A stretch of 64,000 bases of DNA from Candidatus Bathyarchaeia archaeon (GTDB taxonomy: Archaea > Thermoproteota > Bathyarchaeia > Bathyarchaeales > Bathycorpusculaceae). Shown here one piece after another: positions 9,084 through 17,896 of this stretch. Position 1 is the stretch's first letter. Each line of letters starts with the position of its first letter. The notes under the pieces were generated by a model that worked only from the letters and a program-made list of their open reading frames with translations, ran no database searches and was not told where the DNA came from. The position numbers were made by a program, and so were the translations under genes. The DNA lies in NCBI GenBank assembly GCA_050015395.1, contig JBEKBM010000013.1, forward strand, positions 17,970 through 81,969, written 5' to 3'.

Positions 9084-9851
9084 ATGATTGACCAAAATGC
9101 GGTTCTTTTATTTATTACAGTAGCACTGGCTAGCGCGGTTGAAGCGACTGAGGCCCTGACCATTATTCTGGCATCAGGCATTACTAGGGGCTGGCGTTCC
9201 ACATTTGAAGGCGCATTACTTGCCCTAGCTTGTTTGGCTGTAATTGTGGGGGTAGCTGGTACTGCACTAATTTATTATGTCCCACTTTATGCTTTGCGAA
9301 TCGTAGTTGGAACACTGCTGCTTATCTTTGGGTTGCAGTGGCTCACAAAAGCTATACTGCGCCAAACAGGGTTTAAGGCGCCGCATGATGAACGCGACAT
9401 ATACGACAAACAGGTAGCGACTCTTTCTAAGGAGAAAGGAATTCTTCGGGGCCAACGAGATTCCTTAGCTTTTGCAATCAGCTTCAAAGGCGTGCTTTTG
9501 GAAGGTATGGAAGTCATCATGATTGTTATCAGCTTTGGTTTAGCTAACGGAAGCCAGGGTCAACTGGGAACTGCCGCGCTCGCTGCTCTTGCCGCGGTAG
9601 CAGTTATGACGGCAATAGGCGCTGTGGTCGCGAAGCCTCTGACTAAAGTACCCGAGAATTATATGAAGCTGGGTGTAGGTAACCTGCTAACCGTTTTTGG
9701 CCTCTTCTGGATGGGCGAAGGCGTCGGCGTCCAGTGGCCTCTGGGAGATATATTCCTGTTAGTACTCCTAGCGATAATCTTCCTGGCAACATTGGGATTG
9801 ACTGCTTATTTCAAACGAGTCCACGAAAGCCTGACGGAGGTTGAGCAATAA
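9084..9851 (+). CDS. COG4280-like membrane protein, putative divalent-metal permease (FTR1/GDT1-like ExxE motifs)
   Basis: Duplicated VEATEA and LEGMEV motifs, TRGWRS, FGLQWL.KAILR, VPENYMK. Confidence 0.78.
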   Translation: MIDQNAVLLFITVALASAVEATEALTIILASGITRGWRSTFEGALLALACLAVIVGVAGTALIYYVPLYALRIVVGTLLLIFGLQWLTKAILRQTGFKAPHDERDIYDKQVATLSKEKGILRGQRDSLAFAISFKGVLLEGMEVIMIVISFGLANGSQGQLGTAALAALAAVAVMTAIGAVVAKPLTKVPENYMKLGVGNLLTVFGLFWMGEGVGVQWPLGDIFLLVLLAIIFLATLGLTAYFKRVHESLTEVEQ

Positions 9852-10099
9852 TGCCCTCCGGTAAAACGCTAAACGCAGTCTGGAAAGGAGTTAAAAGCTT
9901 TTTCAAATTCTGGAAAGACTTTCTAGTTGGTGATTCTCCAGTATTAGCATTGGGCGTAATAATCATCCTATGCGTCGCTTATCTGCTGCGAGGCTCAGCC
10001 GTCTTAGCCCCAGCATCCACCATTATTCTAGTACTGGTTTTGATAACATTTGCTGTCTGGCAAAAAACCAAGGCACGACGCCGGCACGCCCACAATTAA
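9851..10099 (+). CDS. Small membrane partner of the COG4280-like protein
   Basis: FFKFWKDFLVGD followed by 2 TM; 1-nt overlap with the upstream gene. Confidence 0.7.
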   Translation: MPSGKTLNAVWKGVKSFFKFWKDFLVGDSPVLALGVIIILCVAYLLRGSAVLAPASTIILVLVLITFAVWQKTKARRRHAHN

Positions 10100-10202
10100 C
10101 ACGGACAAAAGTGGCAAAACAAGAGCATAAAAATCCGCAAGGTAATTTCACAACAAACATGCGCACATCAATTAAAAATGGTCTTTTGTCAAATCTTATT
10201 AA

Positions 10203-10394
10203 GCGTTCTGGGAAATGATAGACGAAGACACAAGATTTATGGTTGCTTCTCACATCTCAAACACAAGAACCTTCGAGGACACAGTAGCCATATTCAAAAA
10301 AGGTGTTCAACAAAGCAAAGTTAAGCCAAGAGCAGTTTTCGTTGACGGATGCAATGCCTATGAATCAGCATTCAACAAAGTATTCTACTCTGCC
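10203..10394 (+). mobile_element. IS6-family (DDE_Tnp_IS240-like) transposase internal fragment
   Basis: FWEMIDEDTRFMVASHISNTR...KPRAVFVDGCNAYESAFNKVF; both termini missing. Confidence 0.75.
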
Positions 10395-11342
10395 TTACGC
10401 TCTAACTTGAAGTTCTTTATTTATTGAGCCAAGCTCTTTTTTCTTGCTTACCATTATGTCACGGAGGTCTTTGTTACCAGAATAATGCTTTCCTTCTTGC
10501 CCAATAATTTCTTGATCAACTAGTTGGTCTAGAACTCGCTTGAGTACCCGTTCATTCATTGAGCGATGGTAGTATTTGATAAAGTCATGCCGTACTGATT
10601 CAAAACTGCGAAATATTTGTTCTTCAGTTTCAATTTCAGGCAAATAGATGCAGTTATCAACTCGAATAACTGGTTCAAGTATACTTAATTTAAATACATC
10701 TCTCAATGTCGTGTAGCGTTCTTTTAAAATGGTTGAAACCAACATATCCCTAAACTTGCGTCTATTTCCTTTAGCCTCTTTTCTAGCTGTGACTGCCAAG
10801 TTGCCCTCTGAATAATCGTTCCCCTTCCTACTAACTATCTTCAATCCTTCAAGTAGTCCCAAATATAACCGTGTTTTTTTCCTTCTTGCAGCACTACGGT
10901 ATAAGTCCATTTCTACGTCTTCGATGCATTCATACTCCCAAAGTGAGGATAAGATTTCATCTATTGGGTCAAAGAAGTGGTTAAATCTTAAACCTTTTAC
11001 AAGTTTATCTGAGGATGCATAAACAACTATTTCTTCTGCTCGTCTCTTCCATAATTCAAAAAACGAGTCTATGTTTTTTATACATTCGTCTCTTGATGTT
11101 GTGCGTTCTTTAATTATCCTTCCGTCTTTATCAGAGGTTATAACGCCTAGACGGTCGATTTCAAGAACATGCAAAGTCTTTGTTTCTGGCGGTTTCTCAT
11201 TCTTAATAATTAAGGGATAATCCGAACGTAGATTTGAGATGTATAAATCCTCTTGTTCATCATGTAAGGGAGTATCTACCAAAATTAAGTGTCCGTAGTT
11301 CAAAGAAGCATAGAACTCTATTGCCCGTTCGGGATCAGTCAT
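10395..11342 (-). CDS. Hypothetical protein with two winged-helix-like segments, coupled to a C39 peptidase
   Basis: Start MTDPER overlaps the upstream stop (ATGA); segments YLGLLEGLKIVSRKGNDYSEG and LKRVLDQLVDQEIIGQEGKHYSG. Confidence 0.75.
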   Translation of the reverse strand: MTDPERAIEFYASLNYGHLILVDTPLHDEQEDLYISNLRSDYPLIIKNEKPPETKTLHVLEIDRLGVITSDKDGRIIKERTTSRDECIKNIDSFFELWKRRAEEIVVYASSDKLVKGLRFNHFFDPIDEILSSLWEYECIEDVEMDLYRSAARRKKTRLYLGLLEGLKIVSRKGNDYSEGNLAVTARKEAKGNRRKFRDMLVSTILKERYTTLRDVFKLSILEPVIRVDNCIYLPEIETEEQIFRSFESVRHDFIKYYHRSMNERVLKRVLDQLVDQEIIGQEGKHYSGNKDLRDIMVSKKKELGSINKELQVRA

Positions 11343-11923
11343 TTTTTTAACCCTCCTTCTTCGAGGAACCCATGAATATAAGTCTGCCCCTTGCCTAATA
11401 AAACTTGCACCCATTTCTTTTGCCATTCCCATTGCCTTGTAAATACGCCAGCTTCAAGACTTTGGATGGCTGTTGCTTCGTTCTCTTCTTCAGGGTCATC
11501 AAAATAGACCGTATGCGTATCTGGGTCGTAGTCTACAATGACAACGGCATGTAACACAGTGTAAGGTCTTTCAGGATGATACCTTTCCACTGGATTTAGG
11601 TATGCTATTACTGGAAGGTGTTTTTCATTTACTTCTTTTTCAATTTCTGTGAATCTTGAACCTTCATGATAGAGAAAACTTAAGGTGGGTCTCGCTTTGA
11701 GTAGGTGTTCATTCATATTCTCTACAGCTCTAGGAGGTGTACCATCTCGGTCTCTTGTTTTTGTTATTTTTGCTATTTTGCTAATAGAAAAAACTCTCAA
11801 CCCTTTTACCTTGTGCATTTTGCACACACAATCCAGACACATCTTTACTGAGGTTGGAACGCAGTATAGCGGTCTTGGTTGGTGATGGTGTTTTACGTCA
11901 AGTCTGACCAGAGGCAATCCCAA
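11339..11923 (-). CDS. C39-like (papain-fold) cysteine peptidase
   Basis: LDVKHHHQ...YCVPTSVKM (Q and catalytic C), HAVVIVDYD (H), VYFDDP (D); TTG start near 11917-11923 is estimated. Confidence 0.82.
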   Translation of the reverse strand: MGLPLVRLDVKHHHQPRPLYCVPTSVKMCLDCVCKMHKVKGLRVFSISKIAKITKTRDRDGTPPRAVENMNEHLLKARPTLSFLYHEGSRFTEIEKEVNEKHLPVIAYLNPVERYHPERPYTVLHAVVIVDYDPDTHTVYFDDPEEENEATAIQSLEAGVFTRQWEWQKKWVQVLLGKGQTYIHGFLEEGGLKK

Positions 11924-12112
11924 CTCTTGTATATCAAAGTAGGAAGCTAGTAGTTCAGACTTTGTATATAAAACCATGCAAAAACTATTCATATAGGACA
12001 ACGTTTCGTTCATGACAAAACCTCTTCAGGATGTTGGGTCAAATAACTTAACAGTATCAATTGAGCGCAAAATTTATATCGATAGGTGAATCGTTGTACT
12101 ATTTGATGAACG

Positions 12113-12322
12113 ATGGAGACAGTTACAGTTTCAAAAAAGTACCAGGTTGTGATTCCAGAAAAGTTGCGCAAGAGTGCAGGAATTAAACCAGGCGACAAAA
12201 TGGTTGCAATAACCAAACATGGAATCATCCAGTACATTCCCGTACGCCCACTAAAAGAAACTGAAGGATTTATCCCTGGACTTGACACCGAAAACCTCCG
12301 CGATGAGTCTGACAGAAATTGA
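12113..12322 (+). CDS. vapB: AbrB/MazE-type antitoxin (VapB)
   Basis: VTVSKKYQVVIPEKLRKSAGIKPGD. Confidence 0.9.
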   Translation: METVTVSKKYQVVIPEKLRKSAGIKPGDKMVAITKHGIIQYIPVRPLKETEGFIPGLDTENLRDESDRN

Positions 12323-12690
12323 TTAGTGTAGACAGCTCTGGTTGGATTGAACGGTTTACCAAGGGACCTAAGGCGCCACAGTACAACCAGGTAATTGAGT
12401 CAAGTCAGCCTAAGGAGATAGTCACTTCGGTTGTTGTACTTTATGAGGTTTACAAGAAGATAAAAAAGCTGAAGGGAGAGGAAGAAGCGCTACTGGCAGT
12501 TGCCGCCCTTAGTCAGACGACGATTGTGCCCATTGACCCAACACTATCACTTGAGGCTGCAGATTTCAGTCTCGAAAATAATCTGCACTTCTCAGACGCT
12601 CTCGTTTACGCTACTGCGCGTCACTGGAAAGCTAAACTTTACACTAGCGATAACGATTTGCGACCACTAAAGGCGGTATGCTTTATCTAG
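12319..12690 (+). CDS. vapC: VapC PIN-domain toxin
   Basis: VDSSGWIE, LYEV, LHFSDALVYATA, LYTSD. Confidence 0.92.
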   Translation: MISVDSSGWIERFTKGPKAPQYNQVIESSQPKEIVTSVVVLYEVYKKIKKLKGEEEALLAVAALSQTTIVPIDPTLSLEAADFSLENNLHFSDALVYATARHWKAKLYTSDNDLRPLKAVCFI

Positions 12691-13018
12691 AATATGACTT
12701 GGCTTAATTCAAAATGTTCAGGTGATTTGGGAGGGCACGATACGAGTATTAAAAAGACGGGTAAATGGAAAAGAAAACAGTCAAAAAATAGTAAGAAAAG
12801 CTAAAGGGCGAACATGGGCTTACAGGACAATAAAAGGAACCTTTGGCTATTACAGCGGGCACCCAATGACGGGCTTTCTCAAAAGAAGCACTCGAAAAAG
12901 AAATGACACCCATAATGGCAAGTTCATCTCACACTTGCAAGAAAAAAGAAGCCAAGTAAATTTTGAAAAAATCAACACATGCGCAAAAACCGAGAACTTA
13001 CTCCTACTACTGTATCGA

Positions 13019-13065
13019 CAAACTGTATATGCAAACTGTATATGTTTTTACCCCCTATAGGGGGT
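13019..13065. repeat. 13-bp tandem repeat plus perfect 16-bp palindrome
   Basis: caaactgtatatg twice (13019..13044), then accccctatagggggt (13050..13065). Confidence 0.8.
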
Positions 13066-13287
13066 CTTGCGCACACACAGACAAATCAAAGGGCAAAAAC
13101 CAATCCAAATCTCTGGTTCCTTCTTGCTTTTTTAATTTTTTCTTCAAGATAAGCGATTTTTGCTTGTTCAGACAATCCCATCACTCTCAGTATTAAATAT
13201 GCCAATTTGCGTTTGTTTTTGCATTTTTTAGATTGTATAATTGACATTGACATTTTTATCATTAGAAAAAAGAAAAATAGTTAATTC

Positions 13288-13611
13288 CTAAAATTCAGGT
13301 AAGCTGTCAAGGTTGTCTTTGGTTCTGGCGTCTTCATCCGTTCGGATGTATTTTGGTCCAGTTATAACACGAACTATTTGTCCTTTAGTCCATTGGTTGG
13401 GATTCGATGCATCTTTGAAAATCGTCATATATGTAATCCCATTATCAATATTTTGAACAACAGTAAGTCTTGGTACTATTTGAACTGCAGTATCTATTGA
13501 GTCTCCTAAATCTTTATGAACCTCAACTGAGACAATATGAGTTTTAGGCTCATTGTATCTTACTCTTGAAATTAAATAGTCAGCCCATTTTGTCTTTACC
13601 ATATTTTTCAC
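13288..13611 (-). CDS. DUF3892 family protein
   Basis: WADYLISRVRYN...KYIRTDEDARTKDNLDSLPEF, the typical DUF3892 C-terminus. Confidence 0.85.
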   Translation of the reverse strand: MKNMVKTKWADYLISRVRYNEPKTHIVSVEVHKDLGDSIDTAVQIVPRLTVVQNIDNGITYMTIFKDASNPNQWTKGQIVRVITGPKYIRTDEDARTKDNLDSLPEF

Positions 13612-13971
13612 CTCTTTGTTAATTATTAGAATCCTCTTTTACAGAAGTTGTATATCTAATTACTTGTGCATTATTCACTAGAGATTTTTGAAAGCAAAAC
13701 ACACTAGACGCAGACTTCACAGAACCTCTTTTTCATGTATACACGAAAAACACCGACAGAGGCTATGTAGTTTATCACGCCTTTTGTGGTCGTCCTTATG
13801 TGCTTGAGACGCTATAAAATAAAGCTCAAATTAAGCTCCGTTAGAAAAAAATGCGCTACACACATACTAAAAGTCAGAGGGTGTCTCTATTTTCAAAAGA
13901 AAGCGGTAATTTTTCAGTACCGGACTATTTTTTTCCAATGAAGACTAAACATTTTAACCTCTTTCTATTCA

Positions 13972-15657
13972 ATGGTAAGGTGGGTCTCCTTGCCGAATAA
14001 AAATAAGCCTTGGTTCAATAAGTGGCCTTCAGACGTGCCAAAAACCATAAAGTACCCTGCCATATCACTGCAAGGGACTCTGCAGAAAACCGCTAAAAAT
14101 TATCCAGCGAACGTTGCCCTAGCTTATGATGGGAAAGAAACTACTTATGCGCAGTTGGATTCGCTGTCCAACCAGTTTGCCCATGCTCTTGCTAAATTAG
14201 GCGTGGAAAAAGGCGATAGAGTAGCACTTTTTTTGCCGAACGTTCCTCAGTTCATAATCGCTTATTTCGGAATCCTCAAAGCAGGCGCGATTGTAACGGC
14301 GATAAGCCCGTTGCATCGGGAGCGTGAAGTTGAGTATCAACTGTGCGATTCAGAGGCTGAAACCATAATCGCTTTGAATTCTCTTTATGCCGTTGTGGGT
14401 AATGTTTGGGCTAAAACTAAGCTGAAAAACGTTATAGTTACAAGCTTAGATGAAGCATCAGAAACAGCTATTATCCCAAGCAAACCGAACCTGTTTGATT
14501 TTCAGAAGCTTCTAAAAGAAGCCCCAGAAACCCCTCCCAAGGTCAAAATAAATCCAGAGAGGGATTTAGCGGCATTGCAGTACACGGGCGGCACCACAGG
14601 AACAGCCAAAGGAGCAATGCTAACACACGCCAACTTGGTTTCGAACGCGCTCGCTTTTGCCGCTTGGATAAAAGGTGCAACAGCAAAAGAAACCTTTCTA
14701 ACAGCGTTGCCTCTGTTCCACATTTACGGCATGACAACCAGCATGACTGTGCCCATCAGTTTAGCGGCAAAAATGGTTCTGATGCCAAGGTTTGAGCCAG
14801 CAAAAGCCTTAGAAGCCATCCAGAAGCATGGGGTTACGGTTTTTTGCGGTGTCCCAACCATGTACTCTGCCTTGTTATCTAACCCGGAGCTTGGCAAATA
14901 CGACTTAACCTCGATTCGCGTGTGCATTTCTGGCGCTTCATCTTTGCCGCCGCAAATCCAAAAGAAATTCATGCAGATCACAGGCGGATTCCTAGCTGAA
15001 GGCTACGGGTTAACCGAGGCATCGCCAGTTACCCACTGCAACCCCGTCGACAGCACAATGAGAACAGTGAAAGTTGGTTCAATCGGATTGCCCCTGCCAG
15101 ACACTGAAGCGCGAATAGTCGATTTAGTTACAGGCGAAAAAACGCTGACGCAAGGCGAGGCAGGCGAGCTGGCGGTGAAGGGACCGCAGGTCATGAAGGG
15201 TTACTGGCGCAGGCCTGAGGAAACCGCTTTGGTTCTGCGTGACGGATGGCTTCTCACAGGCGACATCGCACGCATAGATGAGGATGGCTACTTTTACATT
15301 ACTGACCGCAAAAAAGACCTCATAAAATACAAGGACTACAGCGTTTACCCACGAGAACTCGAAGACGTCCTCTACGAGCATCCAGCCGTGAAGTTGTGCG
15401 CGGTCATCGGCAAACCAGATACTGCGGCAGGCGAAATTCCTAAGGCTTTCATAGTGCTCAAAGAAGGCACCGCTGCATCGGCAGAGGAAATCACGTCTTT
15501 CGTTAACGGTAAAGTTGCATCATACAAGTCAATCCGAGAAGTTGAGTTCAGGAAAGAATTGCCTATCAGTTCAGCGGGCAAAGTTTTAAGGCGCCTGCTT
15601 CAAGAAGAAAAAGGAAAGCGGCTTGGGGCAGAAATTAGAAAATTGGGCAATTTTTAA
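13972..15657 (+). CDS. fadD: Long-chain-fatty-acid--CoA ligase
   Basis: YTGGTTGTAKG AMP-binding motif, EGYGLTEASP, TGDIA, DRKKDLI, GKVLRR. Confidence 0.95.
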   Translation: MVRWVSLPNKNKPWFNKWPSDVPKTIKYPAISLQGTLQKTAKNYPANVALAYDGKETTYAQLDSLSNQFAHALAKLGVEKGDRVALFLPNVPQFIIAYFGILKAGAIVTAISPLHREREVEYQLCDSEAETIIALNSLYAVVGNVWAKTKLKNVIVTSLDEASETAIIPSKPNLFDFQKLLKEAPETPPKVKINPERDLAALQYTGGTTGTAKGAMLTHANLVSNALAFAAWIKGATAKETFLTALPLFHIYGMTTSMTVPISLAAKMVLMPRFEPAKALEAIQKHGVTVFCGVPTMYSALLSNPELGKYDLTSIRVCISGASSLPPQIQKKFMQITGGFLAEGYGLTEASPVTHCNPVDSTMRTVKVGSIGLPLPDTEARIVDLVTGEKTLTQGEAGELAVKGPQVMKGYWRRPEETALVLRDGWLLTGDIARIDEDGYFYITDRKKDLIKYKDYSVYPRELEDVLYEHPAVKLCAVIGKPDTAAGEIPKAFIVLKEGTAASAEEITSFVNGKVASYKSIREVEFRKELPISSAGKVLRRLLQEEKGKRLGAEIRKLGNF

Positions 15658-15696
15658 ATTTAAGGGATTACTATTGTAATCTGTCAGTGAATTATT

Positions 15697-15945
15697 ATGT
15701 CTGTGGTAGAAATCGACGAGAGAGGCAGAATGACTATCCCCAAAAAGATAGGCATCAAAAAATCCAGAGCAATAGTCATACCTGCAGGCTCCTTTTTTAT
15801 TACCATACCCCTTTCAAAAGCGCCAGAAAAAGAAGCAGAAAAATGGTTACCTACCAGTAAAGAAAGAAAAGAATTAAAAATTGAAGCTGAGAAACTTGCC
15901 AAAGAAGACGCCGTAAACAGGGCAAAAAGGCGACACCAGATTTGA
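15697..15945 (+). CDS. vapB: AbrB-type antitoxin (VapB)
   Basis: VVEIDERGRMTIPKKI. Confidence 0.85.
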   Translation: MSVVEIDERGRMTIPKKIGIKKSRAIVIPAGSFFITIPLSKAPEKEAEKWLPTSKERKELKIEAEKLAKEDAVNRAKRRHQI

Positions 15946-16358
15946 TGATTGAAACAGACATGTTATATGCCTATGTAAAGAAAGAGGACTGGTTAAAAGA
16001 GACCGCAAACAATATCATATCAAGGATAATAAAAGGAGAATTTGGGCAAGTCTACGTTTCAAGAGAAAGCCTTCATGAAATATATTATGTTTCAAAAGAA
16101 GAAGGCGTCTCAAACGATGAATTAATCAACAGAGGCGCCACTTTGACAGCCATCCAAAACCTTACTTTTCTCGAAACCACCTATGAAATCGACCTGTTAG
16201 CATTAGTATTAATACGACAGTACGGATTCACCTCTATTTTTGATGCTTATTATGCAGCTACAGCACTCAACCAAGTAGAGGATCACACAATAATCTCAAC
16301 AGACAAAGCTTTCGACTGCATCCCGGGGTTAATAAGAATAGATCCACGGCAAATTTGA
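15942..16358 (+). CDS. vapC: VapC PIN-domain toxin
   Basis: IETDMLYA, LHEI, FDAYYAATAL, IISTDKAFD. Confidence 0.9.
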   Translation: MMIETDMLYAYVKKEDWLKETANNIISRIIKGEFGQVYVSRESLHEIYYVSKEEGVSNDELINRGATLTAIQNLTFLETTYEIDLLALVLIRQYGFTSIFDAYYAATALNQVEDHTIISTDKAFDCIPGLIRIDPRQI

Positions 16359-16595
16359 TCGAAAAAACACACTCGCCGTCTACCTCCTATTAGCATATAT
16401 GCTTTGTAGAAACGTGTAAGAGAAAAAACATGTTTATCAAACAGCGAAGGCTTCAGCCTTTGCGCGTAAAAATCCACGTGACCGGCATTGTTTAAGCCGT
16501 CGGTTTTCGCCCATTCATCTACCATATAGCCACAAATAACGGTTTGCCAGGATACCTCCGCAACAGGCGCGATGCCGGAGTAGAAATTCTCTTGA

Positions 16596-16735
16596 AAGGC
16601 ACCGCTACATCAGCAGAGGAAATCGTCTCTTTCGTTAACGGTAAAGTTGCATTATACAAGGCAATTTGAGAAGTGGAATTCAGAAAAGACTTGCCTCTCA
16701 GTTCTGCAGGAAAAGTCCTAAGAAGAATGCTTTAA
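16596..16735 (+). pseudogene. Degenerate second copy of the fadD 3' end
   Basis: Colinear with 15464..15600, about 114/137 nt identical by hand; contains an in-frame TGA (CGA>TGA). Confidence 0.88.
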
Positions 16736-16769
16736 AAAAAAAGAAAAAAGGGTTGTTGGCTCGCTTAAG

Positions 16770-17624
16770 TTATGGACCAGCGTTTGCCCACGTGATTGAG
16801 AAGCTTGTTCCATCCGAAGACGGCGCTAATGATGGTAAAGCTTTGGTTACGCCTTTGCTGGTTACCATTGTTATCCGTTGAACCGCTGAACCGAAAGAAC
16901 CGAGTGGCCCATTGACTCCACTTACCGTAGCATAGCAAGTTCCCGTAACAGCCGTATTGTCCAAACCATAGTTTACTGTGCCGAAGTTTGCCAGTGGCAA
17001 TAATCCTCGAGATGACGAAGGCGCCTCCGCAATACACTCCGCCGAAGATCTCGCAGCGTTATCAACGGTTCCTGTCGTGGTATAAGATTTGCCTGTAGTT
17101 ACGTCAGTAATGGTGGCGGTGAATGTGCTGATGCTTTGCCTGCTGACAAAGCCCCTGCCAGAACCGCTTGAGCTGCCTGTGTATGTTACACTTGCTGATA
17201 TTGTGTTGCCCGGCTTAATTGATAGCGAAGTAATTTGGTACATCGGACTTGGATAGAACTCAAACCAAGCGTAGTATGATACAGTCGTACCTATAATTTG
17301 AGCCATTGTGCCCACCTGCTCGACAGTGCTCGAACTGAAACCGTCAATACCCACCCAGAATGCCGAGTAATACGTAGTAGTTCCGCTAGCCCCAGAACTG
17401 ACTGCAGGAACCTTCCATGAACCGTAAGCAGAAGTCACCGAACCACTTGAGCCCGTCACCGCATACCCGCTCCAGTTAGTACTTAACCAACTGCTACCAC
17501 TTGAACGCGCTACAACCATGCCTGGCGCCATTATTGGACTCGTGAGAGCAAATGCTTGGCTGAAAACGGCTAAAAGCATAAGCAAACCAACGAAAAGTAC
17601 AGACAATTTATTTACTGCTTTCAT
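16770..17624 (-). CDS. Secreted glutamic peptidase, family G1 (eqolisin)
   Basis: Signal peptide, STNWSGY, WVGIDG, EQVGT, YYAWFEFYP, SAECIAEAP. Confidence 0.9.
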   Translation of the reverse strand: MKAVNKLSVLFVGLLMLLAVFSQAFALTSPIMAPGMVVARSSGSSWLSTNWSGYAVTGSSGSVTSAYGSWKVPAVSSGASGTTTYYSAFWVGIDGFSSSTVEQVGTMAQIIGTTVSYYAWFEFYPSPMYQITSLSIKPGNTISASVTYTGSSSGSGRGFVSRQSISTFTATITDVTTGKSYTTTGTVDNAARSSAECIAEAPSSSRGLLPLANFGTVNYGLDNTAVTGTCYATVSGVNGPLGSFGSAVQRITMVTSKGVTKALPSLAPSSDGTSFSITWANAGP

Positions 17625-17896
17625 GCAAAACGACCTTTTGAGGATTAAATTCTCTGGAATGTAATCCGTTAATATGGTTAACTCAGCGTAGAATTAAAAG
17701 ATTTTCTATTTATGGCGCAATCGCTAAATTGACGCTTTAGCGAGCTTGCGCAGTCATTTTACCCCATTTTATCAGTTATTAAACTTGGCAATTAGCTTCT
17801 TCTCCGCTTATATTCAATTAAGTAAATGATTGATTTTTGAAAACCTTCTTATGCCAATGTTACAACTGTTTTGCATAAAAAGGGAGGGGAAACGCG

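Noticed and set aside
12722-13196. ORFs of 112 and 77 aa
   Set aside because: No recognisable family; they look like fragments of a decayed gene, so I did not call them.
17715-17751. Imperfect inverted repeat in the peptidase/GT divergent region
   Set aside because: The dyad is real but single-copy, and I cannot tell operator from chance.
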